Under the pieces are notes generated by a model that did not search any database, was not told the DNA's origin, and saw nothing but the letters and a program-made list of their open reading frames with translations. From Limnothrix sp. BL-A-16 (GTDB lineage Bacteria; Cyanobacteriota; Cyanobacteriia; CACIAM-69d): 64,000 bases of DNA. The position numbers and the translations under genes are program-made. This document shows positions 9,998 to 18,546 of the stretch, piece after piece (the stretch's first letter is position 1; every line of letters begins with the position of its first letter). The stretch is from NCBI GenBank assembly GCA_041937175.2, contig CP166615.1, positions 928,001 through 992,000 on the forward strand, given 5' to 3'.

Positions 9998-10882
9998 TTA
10001 TTTCGGGATCGTTGTCTTATAGGCGCGAATCGCCGCTTGTGTGCCTTGTTGCGCGCCCTGGCCCCCGTCAAGGGCGCTAACCCGCTGAAAGATCTGATTT
10101 GCCAGTTCCGTCACCGGTAAAGCACAGTGGCCGGCGGCTTCCGCCACCAGACGCAAATCCTTTTGCATATGGGCGATCGCAAAGCCCGGGGCCAAATCCT
10201 CCGCCAAAATTTTCGGCCCCAAATTGGCCAAGGCCCAAGACCCGGCCGCTCCGGTGCTGCAAACCTCAATCACCAATTGCGGATCCAAATTCTGGGCAGC
10301 GGCCAATTGCAGGGCCTCGCACAGGGCCAGCATGTGACCGGCGGCCAACACCTGGTTGCAGAGCTTCACCGCCTGGCCACTGCCGATCGGGCCACAGTGG
10401 CGAATGGTTTGGCCCATGAATCCTAACCAAGGGTGCGATCGCTCAAAATCCGCCAGCTCACCCCCCACCATGATCGTCAAGGTTCCCCGCTGGGCCCCCA
10501 CGTCTCCCCCGGAAACCGGCGCATCCAAAAACCCAAACCCCAGCGATCGCAAGGCCGTTCCCAGCTCGATCGCCGCCACACTCCCGATCGTGGTGAAATC
10601 CACAAACAGCGCCCCGGCCCGCGCCGCCGTCGCCGCACCGCCCGCTCCCAACAACACCTGCCACACATCGGGCACATCGCCCAAGCAGGAAAAGACCAAA
10701 TCCGCCTCGGCCACCGCTGCGGCCAAGTCGAGAGCGATCGTCACGCCCGCCGCCGCCGCTTGGGCCACCGTCGGGCGATCGGGCGTGCGATTCCAGCCCC
10801 GCACCGTTGCGCCACTCCGGGCCAAGTTGGCAGCCATGGCGCTGCCCATCACGCCCAATCCCAAAAATGCAATTTCGGTCAT
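9998..10882 (-). CDS. NAD(P)-dependent beta-hydroxyacid dehydrogenase (3-hydroxyisobutyrate dehydrogenase / tartronate semialdehyde reductase family)
   Basis: MTEIAFLGLGVMG Rossmann start, DAPVSGG, GSGQAVKLCNQ catalytic Lys motif. ATG at 10882 preceded by AGAAGTGGA. The longer ORF-track call is antisense to the next gene. Confidence 0.9.
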   Translation of the reverse strand: MTEIAFLGLGVMGSAMAANLARSGATVRGWNRTPDRPTVAQAAAAGVTIALDLAAAVAEADLVFSCLGDVPDVWQVLLGAGGAATAARAGALFVDFTTIGSVAAIELGTALRSLGFGFLDAPVSGGDVGAQRGTLTIMVGGELADFERSHPWLGFMGQTIRHCGPIGSGQAVKLCNQVLAAGHMLALCEALQLAAAQNLDPQLVIEVCSTGAAGSWALANLGPKILAEDLAPGFAIAHMQKDLRLVAEAAGHCALPVTELANQIFQRVSALDGGQGAQQGTQAAIRAYKTTIPK

Positions 10883-11095
10883 GCTGTCCACTTCTTGAGT
10901 CTGTAAGAATTCTTGGCTCGTCAGGAGATTGATGCAAGAAGCCGATGGGTTGGTTCCGCCAACAGGATCCCGATCGCAATCCCGATCGCACCCAAAACAA
11001 TTGCTAATCAGGGTTCGATCGGGGAGGGGTACGGGATAGGCGATAATTGCCCTGGCGCTTGGGTTGCGCCGTTCCCGTTGTCTCCGTTGCGCACC

Positions 11096-12517
11096 ATGTC
11101 CTACTTCGTTTCGCCCCGCTTCACCGAGAAAGTCGCCGTCCACGCGGTCAAGAACTTCCTGAACTTGCCGCGCGTGCCCGTGCCGCTGATTTTGGGCATT
11201 CATGGCAAAAAAGGCGAGGGCAAAACGTTTCAGTGCAACCTGGTCTTTGAGCAAATGGGCATCGACGCGGTGCATATTTCCGGTGGCGAACTGGAAAGCC
11301 CCGACGCGGGCGACCCGGCCCGGCTGCTGCGGTTGCGCTACCGGGAAGCCTCGGACATGGTGAAAGTACGCGGGCGAATGTGCGTGCTGTTGATTAACGA
11401 TATTGATGCGGGTGCGGGCCGGTTCGATCGCCTGACCCAATACACGGTGAACACCCAACTGGTGAACGCCACCCTGATGAACATTGCCGACAACCCCACC
11501 AATGTGCAGTTGCCCGGCAGCTATGACAGCGAACCGGTGCGCCGGATCCCGATCATCGTCACGGGCAACGACTTTGGCACGCTCTATGCGCCCTTGACCC
11601 GCGATGGGCGGATGGAGAAGTTTTATTGGGAACCGACGGCGGCGGAACGGCTGGAAGTGGTGCGCGGCATGTTTGAGGGGCTGGGCTTGGCCGATCGCGC
11701 CGTGGCCGAGCTGGTGGAAACCTTCCCTAAGCAGTCCGTGGACTTCTTTGGGGCCATGAAATCGCGGGTCTATGACGACCTGGTGCGGCAATTCATCCAA
11801 GACACGGGCTTGGCTCAGGTGTCGAATCGGTTGCTGAAATCCAAGGAAGCGCTGCCCCAGTTTGCGGAACCGCAACCGACCCTGGAGCAACTGAAGGCGA
11901 TCGGGGCGGCCTTGGTGAAGGAGCAAGATCGAATTCAAGAACTACATCTGGTGGCGACCTACAATCCCCACCGCGAGGCCAATTCCGCCAGCGAAACGGT
12001 GAGCCAAAACGGCCAGGGCGAAACCAACGGGCTACAGGGTCGATCGCGCCCCTACAGTGCCGAACCGCCAGGGGCCCCAGCGCCCGAACCGGCCGTGGCG
12101 ACCCACACTCAAACCCAGCCGATCGCCCCAGAACCTAAACCCGGCGGCGCTCCCCGGCCGAACCTGGAACCGGAGTTGCCGCCCCTGAGTGGCAACCCAG
12201 ATCTGGAAGCGAAGTTGGAATATCGCAGCAGCCAGCGGCCGAAGTTGGTGCAACCCTTGGGCCCGACAATTCGATCGCAGCTCGTGCCGATCGTCAACAA
12301 TGGCTATCGGCTGGGGATCGAGGTGGCCGACAAGCGCCACTACAACGCGAATTCCTGGCAATGCTACGGGACGGCGGAACCGCACCAGGAAACGGAGGCG
12401 ATCGGGAAGTTGGAAACCTGTCTGGCGGAAAACCTGGATTGTTATGTGCGGTTGGTGGCGATCGACCCCGATCGCAAGCAACGGATCCGCGAGGTGATCG
12501 TCCAGCGCCCGCAATAG
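11096..12517 (+). CDS. rca: Rubisco activase-like AAA+ protein (ALC) with C-terminal RbcS-like (SSUL) domain
   Basis: PLILGIHGKKGEGKTFQC Walker A, LLINDIDAGAGR Walker B, YAPLTRDGRMEKFYW. Pro-rich linker, then SSUL motif (GYRLGIEVADKRH...SWQC...YVRLVAIDP..KQRI.E.IVQRP). ATG at 11096 (MSYFVSPRF). Confidence 0.92.
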   Translation: MSYFVSPRFTEKVAVHAVKNFLNLPRVPVPLILGIHGKKGEGKTFQCNLVFEQMGIDAVHISGGELESPDAGDPARLLRLRYREASDMVKVRGRMCVLLINDIDAGAGRFDRLTQYTVNTQLVNATLMNIADNPTNVQLPGSYDSEPVRRIPIIVTGNDFGTLYAPLTRDGRMEKFYWEPTAAERLEVVRGMFEGLGLADRAVAELVETFPKQSVDFFGAMKSRVYDDLVRQFIQDTGLAQVSNRLLKSKEALPQFAEPQPTLEQLKAIGAALVKEQDRIQELHLVATYNPHREANSASETVSQNGQGETNGLQGRSRPYSAEPPGAPAPEPAVATHTQTQPIAPEPKPGGAPRPNLEPELPPLSGNPDLEAKLEYRSSQRPKLVQPLGPTIRSQLVPIVNNGYRLGIEVADKRHYNANSWQCYGTAEPHQETEAIGKLETCLAENLDCYVRLVAIDPDRKQRIREVIVQRPQ

Positions 12518-12524
12518 TTCGGCT

Positions 12525-13142
12525 TTACGATCGTGCTGGTTGCAGAGTCGCGCCCAAGCTGCGCAGGATTTGCAGCACGTCGTAGAGTTCGTTGCCGGGA
12601 TTCAGCAAGGAAAATAGGCGGGAGTTGGCGTAGCGCTTGGATATCCCGTCGGTTTTCAAAAATAGAAATTCGTTGCCGGTGGTGATTAGGCCATAGCTGG
12701 GGCGATCGCCCTGGGGATTGGCTAACAAGTAGGCGAGGGCTTGGGGGATGGCTCGCAGGGCGGAAAAGTCGCTGCGTTTGGATTCGATCACCAGCACCCA
12801 GAGGCGATCGTGCAGCACCAACACGTCAATGCGGCCGCGGACGATCGCCCCTTGATCTTCGGCGGTGATTTCGATGCGGCTTTCGGTTTGAATCCGGAAG
12901 GGTTTTTGATAGAAACCGGCGAGGTCGAGCAGGGGGGCAAGCACGACCATTTTTACGCCGTCTTCGAGTAGGGGCGGGTCTTCGAGCAGGGTTTGGAAGT
13001 TTTGTTTGACGAGATCGAGCAGTTGTTGTTCGAGGGGGCTGAGGCTGGCTTGGGGCGATCGCCACTCGGGAAAAAAATCGGCATCTTCCACGGGATTAAA
13101 CGGGTGGATAGGGTTTGCCTTTGGCGGCGTAGTAGGCCTCAA
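12525..13142 (-). CDS. PD-(D/E)XK restriction-endonuclease-like protein (cyanobacterial HsdR_N-like family), possibly 5'-truncated
   Basis: GRIDVLVL...VIESK...QALAY nuclease motif, FFPEW and GLITTGNEFLF. Start ambiguous (TTG 13142 overlapping the NACHT gene, or GTG 13091). Confidence 0.75.
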   Translation of the reverse strand: MRPTTPPKANPIHPFNPVEDADFFPEWRSPQASLSPLEQQLLDLVKQNFQTLLEDPPLLEDGVKMVVLAPLLDLAGFYQKPFRIQTESRIEITAEDQGAIVRGRIDVLVLHDRLWVLVIESKRSDFSALRAIPQALAYLLANPQGDRPSYGLITTGNEFLFLKTDGISKRYANSRLFSLLNPGNELYDVLQILRSLGATLQPARS

Positions 13143-15432
13143 TCTGGGCGATCGGGTGCAGCATGGTGGCTTCGATGTCTTGCCGCACTTCTCGGGACAA
13201 ATAACAATCAGTATTCAAACATTCTGCCAACCGCAGATTAGCATCATAGTATTTCTGCAAAAGCGCTTTTTGTTGTTCAGAGAATTGCCAGTCGTGGCCA
13301 ATGTTTCGATGCTTGACCATTGCATCTCGTAAAGATCTGATCCAGTCTTGTCCTTCATTTTTCAACCATTCTCTTTTCTGCTCCCAGGATAAGTTTTTGA
13401 TGGGCTTCAATTGGCTTTGTAGATTAGCTAGTTGATCTACCAAGTCTTGGTTATTTAGCCGGCGAGCGCGAGCGAGAGCGCTATCGAGAGCGAAATCTCG
13501 ATCTCGATCTCGATCAAGAGCGCGAGCGAGAGCGCGAGCGAGAGCGCTATCGAGAGCGAAATCGAGACCGAGATCGAGACCGAGATCGGGAGCGCGAGCG
13601 AGAGCGCTATCGAGAGCGCGAGCGAGATCAATAGTGCTATCGAGAGCGAAATCGAGAGCGAAGTAGAAGGCAATTACTGCGTGCAGTTTGTAGGACGTTT
13701 GCACCCATTCTGCTTTTTCAGTTGCCCAGACTAAAACAGCCTGCAATTGCGGATCGTCAGCCAATAGACTGTCCGTAGCTTGCTTGAGGGTTAACAACAA
13801 TTTATCGCCCTGGCGAACACTATTAGCCGCTAGCAAGGTGACTTCTCGCCAAGATTTGTCAGGTAAGTGTTGAGCTAAGATTTGCCAATTGTGACCAGCA
13901 GCAATTTCTCGTGCAGCAAAGTATTCATGAAAGGTTAGATGTGAAAAGGAATAAACCCCGCGTGCTCGTTCCGTGAGCAAGCCATGTTGAGCAACAAGTG
14001 ATCGTAGAATCGCTTCACTGTCTAACAACAAGGTTTCTGGATCATCTTTGGCATCTGGTAAGTTATGGATATAGTCCATGATTTGATCTTCTGCCACGCC
14101 CTGGTCAAAAAAATAAGCTCCCTCTTGAAACTTTACTAGCGCTAATTGAGAAAGCAAATCCTTCTTTCGATTAATCGATAGGTTCTTATAGATCTGATCG
14201 CGATATATATTTCGCTTATTGTCCCACTTTTTCAGTAACAGCTCTACACCCTCTTCATAGAGCTTGGCTCGGTTGGTCGGAAAATCACCAATCTCCTCAA
14301 AAACCAAGCATAGTAAAGTTAGTAATAAAGGATTGTTAGCTAGCTCTAGAATTGGCTTTTTGTTTTTTAGATGATCTAAAAATTCCTCGACTTTGGATGA
14401 ATCTTGGTGATAAGCAAACCAATTTTCGACGAACTGCCGGATTTGTTTTTGTGAAAAATCGGCTACTTCTACTTCGGTGAAGCGCTCGAATATGTATTCC
14501 TTGGCAGCAATTCGACAAGTAGCGAGAATGTGATTTTTCGGGAAACGATCAACCCAAGCCCGCATTTCCCGAATCGTCCGATCAGTGTGAATTGCCAACA
14601 CTTCATCTAGCCCATCCAATAAAACCAAAGCTTGACCATGTGTCAGACATTGATTCAGAACTAACTCAGCATTGGCAATTCCACAATTAGTCCACTGACG
14701 CGATATAAAGCTCAGCAAGCTTGGCTCACCCGGAAATTCTGTCCATTCCTTAAGCGTCACAAAAATGGGCACAAGATCGCCGAGAAATTCCCCATCTAAA
14801 CAAGCAATGGTCAAATACTTCAAAAATGTAGTTTTGCCTGCACCCGGTCGCCCCAAAACCATCAGCGTTTTATGCCGAGTAACAGCTTCTAGTCCTGAAA
14901 TTTTGCCTTGGCGAACTGTACCTAAGCAAAATCGGTCAAACTCCTCAAATTCATCCAATTTCCCAAGCAGTTCCGATGAGCTAAGGCGCTGATTGGCCGT
15001 CAGCTTTTCCAGCACATTCACTTGGGTATAAATCGTACCGAGGGCGATCGGCTGTTCCATATTCAGCACCCGCATCGTGCCGCACCGCCGCCGCAAATCC
15101 GCCTCCACATGCGATCGCACCCACGCCACATTGATCGCATCCGATGCCACTGTCGGAGCAGGCGGCTCGCCAGTTGCTAACTCAGCAACTTCCTGCCAAT
15201 TCAGCCCCAGCAGATCGCACAAACCAATAAAAATTCCCCGATCGACTGGATCACCCTTAAAAGCCTTGGCGATCGTCGCCCGCGATACACCTTGATGTTC
15301 TTTGCCATCGCTCTTTCGGTACTGAACAAAATCCCCAATAACGCTTTTTCGGTAGCGCATCTGTTTCAGGGCTTCAGCCAGCTTTTCGCAGCCTGCTGCC
15401 GTGGCTTTCAGCGATCGTTCGTTGCGGGCCAT
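13096..15432 (-). CDS. NACHT-family STAND NTPase with N-terminal HTH-like region, tetrapeptide repeat tract and C-terminal helical domain
   Basis: Walker A GRPGAGKTT, Walker B LVLLDGLDEV, NPLLL, YSFSHLTFHEYFAA winged-helix motif, HRNIGHDWQFS...YYDAN..L.ECL C-terminal domain. Confidence 0.92.
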   Translation of the reverse strand: MARNERSLKATAAGCEKLAEALKQMRYRKSVIGDFVQYRKSDGKEHQGVSRATIAKAFKGDPVDRGIFIGLCDLLGLNWQEVAELATGEPPAPTVASDAINVAWVRSHVEADLRRRCGTMRVLNMEQPIALGTIYTQVNVLEKLTANQRLSSSELLGKLDEFEEFDRFCLGTVRQGKISGLEAVTRHKTLMVLGRPGAGKTTFLKYLTIACLDGEFLGDLVPIFVTLKEWTEFPGEPSLLSFISRQWTNCGIANAELVLNQCLTHGQALVLLDGLDEVLAIHTDRTIREMRAWVDRFPKNHILATCRIAAKEYIFERFTEVEVADFSQKQIRQFVENWFAYHQDSSKVEEFLDHLKNKKPILELANNPLLLTLLCLVFEEIGDFPTNRAKLYEEGVELLLKKWDNKRNIYRDQIYKNLSINRKKDLLSQLALVKFQEGAYFFDQGVAEDQIMDYIHNLPDAKDDPETLLLDSEAILRSLVAQHGLLTERARGVYSFSHLTFHEYFAAREIAAGHNWQILAQHLPDKSWREVTLLAANSVRQGDKLLLTLKQATDSLLADDPQLQAVLVWATEKAEWVQTSYKLHAVIAFYFALDFALDSTIDLARALDSALARAPDLGLDLGLDFALDSALARALARALDRDRDRDFALDSALARARRLNNQDLVDQLANLQSQLKPIKNLSWEQKREWLKNEGQDWIRSLRDAMVKHRNIGHDWQFSEQQKALLQKYYDANLRLAECLNTDCYLSREVRQDIEATMLHPIAQIEAYYAAKGKPYPPV
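13463..13663 (-). repeat. Low-complexity 6/12-bp repeat tract inside the NACHT gene encoding ALDF/ALDS/ALAR/DLGL/DRDR units
   Basis: Repeated GAGAGCGCTATC / GAGAGCGAAATC / GAGAGCGCGAGC / GAGACCGAGATC on the + strand. Confidence 0.9.
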
Positions 15433-15608
15433 GGGGCGATCGAGTGGAGAACCGCCTCTATTTTGCGAGAGAACCCACGCGATCGGCTAGCTATCCCCCG
15501 TAACGTAGCCTAGAAAATTGCTGCCACACCCACCTTGCTAGCACCTTTGGACAAGCTCAGGTCAATCCGCAACCAGATGAGTATTAGGTGTTTAGACCTT
15601 ACAAGGTG

Positions 15609-15956
15609 CTAATCAGACAGCGTGCTTTGAATTTGTTGAATTTGACTGATTAGGGGCGGTAGATCATGAATAATTGTTTCCCAAACGATATCTAAATTGA
15701 CTCGAAAATATTCATGAATAGCAATATTCCGCATTCCTCTCAAATCTTTCCAGGGAACTTCTGGATGGCTTATTTCAATATCTGGCAATAAACTTGCTGC
15801 TGCTTCACCAATAATCGCAAAGTTGTATAGAACAGCGCGAATTGTCCGAAGATCCTGTTCAAACCCTTGGCGATTAACATCATTGGTGAATAACTGAATC
15901 TCCTGCGCGGCCGTCAGAATATCTTGCAGTCGCTGTTGGATCGATCGAGAAGGCAT
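15609..15956 (-). CDS. HepT-like (DUF86/HEPN) ribonuclease toxin
   Basis: IIGEAA and HEPN RX4H motif (GMRNIAIHEY). Directly downstream of the MNT gene. Confidence 0.9.
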   Translation of the reverse strand: MPSRSIQQRLQDILTAAQEIQLFTNDVNRQGFEQDLRTIRAVLYNFAIIGEAAASLLPDIEISHPEVPWKDLRGMRNIAIHEYFRVNLDIVWETIIHDLPPLISQIQQIQSTLSD

Positions 15957-16236
15957 GAACTAAATCCTGAGAGACAGACGATCGCAAATGGTCTTTTAGC
16001 GAATCTGGCGTTCCTAAATCCACGGGACGATCAAGCCACGTTTCCAAAAAACGATGGAGTCGAGCAAAGGTTAATAGCCCCACAGGTCGCGAAAACTCCA
16101 CCAGCAGATCCACATCACTGTTGATGGTGGCTTGATTACGAGCGACAGAACCAAACAGAAATAGTGTCTTTACGCCCAATGCTGCCAAATCCTCACGATG
16201 AGCCTGAAAACAGGCGATCGCGTCTTGGCGCTGCAT
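15880..16236 (-). CDS. Minimal nucleotidyltransferase (MNT/MntA-like) antitoxin
   Basis: LFGSVAR...SDVDLLVEF (GSX10DXD) motif and VDL. ATG at 16236 with GAGGGA upstream. Confidence 0.88.
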   Translation of the reverse strand: MQRQDAIACFQAHREDLAALGVKTLFLFGSVARNQATINSDVDLLVEFSRPVGLLTFARLHRFLETWLDRPVDLGTPDSLKDHLRSSVSQDLVHAFSIDPTATARYSDGRAGDSVIHQ

Positions 16237-16305
16237 GGGTTTTCCCTCAACCGACGATTCTGGGTTCATGGGCTTGGCCGACTTTCCGTGCCTCAATCAT
16301 CGTAA

Positions 16306-16450
16306 CAAGGGGCTTAAGCCCCTTGCTGCCCCACGATCTCGTCACGGTGGAATCAGGGTTTTGGGCGATTTGACGATACCCCCTAAGCCCCTTGCCCCCA
16401 ACAATCAACCGCTCCAGACAAGGGGCTTAAGCCCCTTGCCCCCAACGACC
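16306..16450. repeat. REP-like cluster: perfect 20-bp palindrome CAAGGGGCTTAAGCCCCTTG at 16306 and 16419, plus a half copy near 16383
   Basis: Directly visible. The same palindrome occurs at 55605. Confidence 0.85.
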
Positions 16451-16598
16451 TCGCCCCGCCTAGCGCGATCGCAAGGGCGATCGATGTCTTTGACAAAACT
16501 CAGACAGTCAAACAAAAGCCAGACAGCTTACTCAGAACACGTTTCAGCGATTTCGGCTGATCATCGAATTGTTCACGAAATCGCAGGAGCCACCTCCC

Positions 16599-16835
16599 AT
16601 GAAACGTCCCCAGATCTATCAACAACTGCTGATCGTCTCCGTTTTGTTCACCGCCCTCTCGGGTGGGGCCGCCATCCACCTGGCCAGCCAACCTCAGATC
16701 AATTCCCAACAATCCGAACTGTTCCAAACCTTCAAAGGCCTGTTTGAAAAAGGCGTGTTGGGCATCGGCGGCCTGGTGCTGGGCAAAATGACGGGCTACT
16801 TTCCCGATCGGCCGCCCAACAACCCCGATCAATAG
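16599..16835 (+). CDS. Small (78 aa) putative membrane protein
   Basis: AGGAG RBS at 16585, ATG 16599, two hydrophobic segments (LLIVSVLFTALSGGAAI; GVLGIGGLVLG). Confidence 0.6.
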   Translation: MKRPQIYQQLLIVSVLFTALSGGAAIHLASQPQINSQQSELFQTFKGLFEKGVLGIGGLVLGKMTGYFPDRPPNNPDQ

Positions 16836-17067
16836 AATCGCGGCCCAGCGCGACTTGCGGATCTCCGGCCAACGCACCGGCTCGTGATATCATCGAAAGT
16901 CGCGCTTTCTAACACCTAGACAGGCGCTAAATTTGTTGAACCAATTTAATGGACTGCCAAGCCAGACAGCAGTTGGGTGCAGCCGTGAACCGTTCCCGTG
17001 CGATCGCCCCCGCTTCCGTTTGGTCAACGCTTAGTCCGCCAATCGCCCACTCGGAGCTAGCCCAACC

Positions 17068-17205
17068 ATGACCAAGCGTACTCTTGAAGGAACCAATCGC
17101 AAGCGCAAGCGTGTTTCCGGCTTCCGTGCCCGGATGCGGACTAAGAACGGTCGCCGCGTGCTGAATGCTCGTCGCCGTCGCGGTCGCGCTCGGTTGGCGG
17201 TTTAA
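17068..17205 (+). CDS. rpmH: 50S ribosomal protein L34
   Basis: Hand translation [52 protein letters not shown], upstream of rnpA, too short for the ORF track. Confidence 0.97.
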   Translation: MTKRTLEGTNRKRKRVSGFRARMRTKNGRRVLNARRRRGRARLAV

Positions 17206-17267
17206 GGATTGCTCACCGGCAGTCTGTCACAGGGTGGTTGAGCGATCGCCCCTACACCCAAACGTGC

Positions 17268-17690
17268 ATGGCCTTACCCCAAGCCTACCGACTTCGACAT
17301 CGCCATGACTTTGACCGAGTGTATCGGCAAGGCAAACGGTATCGCAGCAAGCACCTAACCCTTTGGGTCTACCGGCCATCGGCAAGCCCCGCGATCGCCC
17401 CCAGCGAACCATCGGCGGCCATTGCCCCCACGCTGCCCACCCTGGCCCCGGCTCCGAAAGTTGGCATCAGCATCAGCCGCAAAGTTGATAAACGCGCCGT
17501 TGTGCGCAATCGGCTGCGGCGACAAATTCACGGTATTTTGTGCCAGCACTTGCCGACCATGCCCCTCGGTTGGCTGGCGGTGATTAGTGTGCGTCCAGCC
17601 ATGCCCCTGTGTCAGTACCCCCAAATTCTGCAAGAATTGGAACAGTTGCTGACCGCCGCCAAGTTGGATTTGGAGCAAGCCAGCGTTTAA
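17268..17690 (+). CDS. rnpA: Ribonuclease P protein component
   Basis: RL..RHDFDRVY..G, VGISISRKVDKRAVVRNRLRR (RNR motif). Follows rpmH. Confidence 0.93.
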   Translation: MALPQAYRLRHRHDFDRVYRQGKRYRSKHLTLWVYRPSASPAIAPSEPSAAIAPTLPTLAPAPKVGISISRKVDKRAVVRNRLRRQIHGILCQHLPTMPLGWLAVISVRPAMPLCQYPQILQELEQLLTAAKLDLEQASV

Positions 17691-17790
17691 ACCGTTGTGT
17701 TTGCGCTGTTGACTTTGCGCCATTCCCCAGGGGCGGCGATCGCCCAATTCGCCCCATTTGGCCCGCACTGAACCTTACGAGCACTGGACT

Positions 17791-18177
17791 ATGGGTATCA
17801 AGGAAGATGTTTACTATGAGGGCGGCCCCCACCGTGGCGATTTGATCGTCAACCTGCTGTTGGGTCTAACGATCATTTGCCTGCCCCTCACCATCGGCTC
17901 GATCGTGCGGGCCTTTTGGTTGCGCTATCGCATCACCAGCCGCCGCATTTCAATCACCAGCGGTTGGCAAGGGCGCGATCGCTCCGATGTGATTTATCCC
18001 GAAATTCGCGCCGTTGTGGCCGTGCCCCGGGGGTGGGGTGCTTGGGGTGATATGGTGCTGACCCTCAAGGATGGTAGCCGCCTGGAAATGCGATCGGTTC
18101 CCAACTTCCGAGCCGTCGCCGACTACATCAACGAGCGGATCGGCGCAGCGGCCCAAACCGCCACCAGCAAGCGCTAA
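17791..18177 (+). CDS. Bacterial PH-domain membrane protein of the cyanobacterial rnpA-yidC cluster
   Basis: MGIKEDVYYEGGPH start, TM segment, RYRITSRRI...WGDMVLTLKDGSRLE. Conserved context. Confidence 0.85.
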   Translation: MGIKEDVYYEGGPHRGDLIVNLLLGLTIICLPLTIGSIVRAFWLRYRITSRRISITSGWQGRDRSDVIYPEIRAVVAVPRGWGAWGDMVLTLKDGSRLEMRSVPNFRAVADYINERIGAAAQTATSKR

Positions 18178-18546
18178 ACCGCCCGATCGCCCCCTCGCTG
18201 CTCATGTTCAACCCTCCTGCTTGCACGGCCTTGTGGCTTCCGGCGGAGGGTTACGTGTTGATTAGGCTGTGACGATTGGCCTGTGACGATTGGGGCGGCA
18301 TTGGCGGCCCGCGGCCAGGGCGGTAGTCCCCACTGGGTAACCGCCCCCCAAGGGACTCCACTTTGCATAAGCTGAAGTCACATCTTTGGGCTAGGGTGGC
18401 TCTGGTTCATGGGGTGAGCGTTCGGCTCGATCGCGTCACCCTGGGCCAGCCTTGCTGTTTTGCCTTCGTTTAACGAATCGTTGACCGCCCGTTGACGGTT
18501 TTTTGATAACTTTTAACAACTCGATCGCACAACCGACGCAACGCGC

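Noticed and set aside
10883..11938. N-terminal 351 aa of the 646-aa minus-strand ORF
   Set aside because: Antisense shadow of rca; dehydrogenase similarity starts only at ATG 10882.
13463..13663. Possible CRISPR or DGR variable repeat
   Set aside because: In-frame low-complexity coding repeat; no spacers, template repeat or reverse transcriptase seen.
16836..17067. oriC next to rpmH
   Set aside because: No dnaA gene and no cluster of TTATCCACA-like boxes seen.
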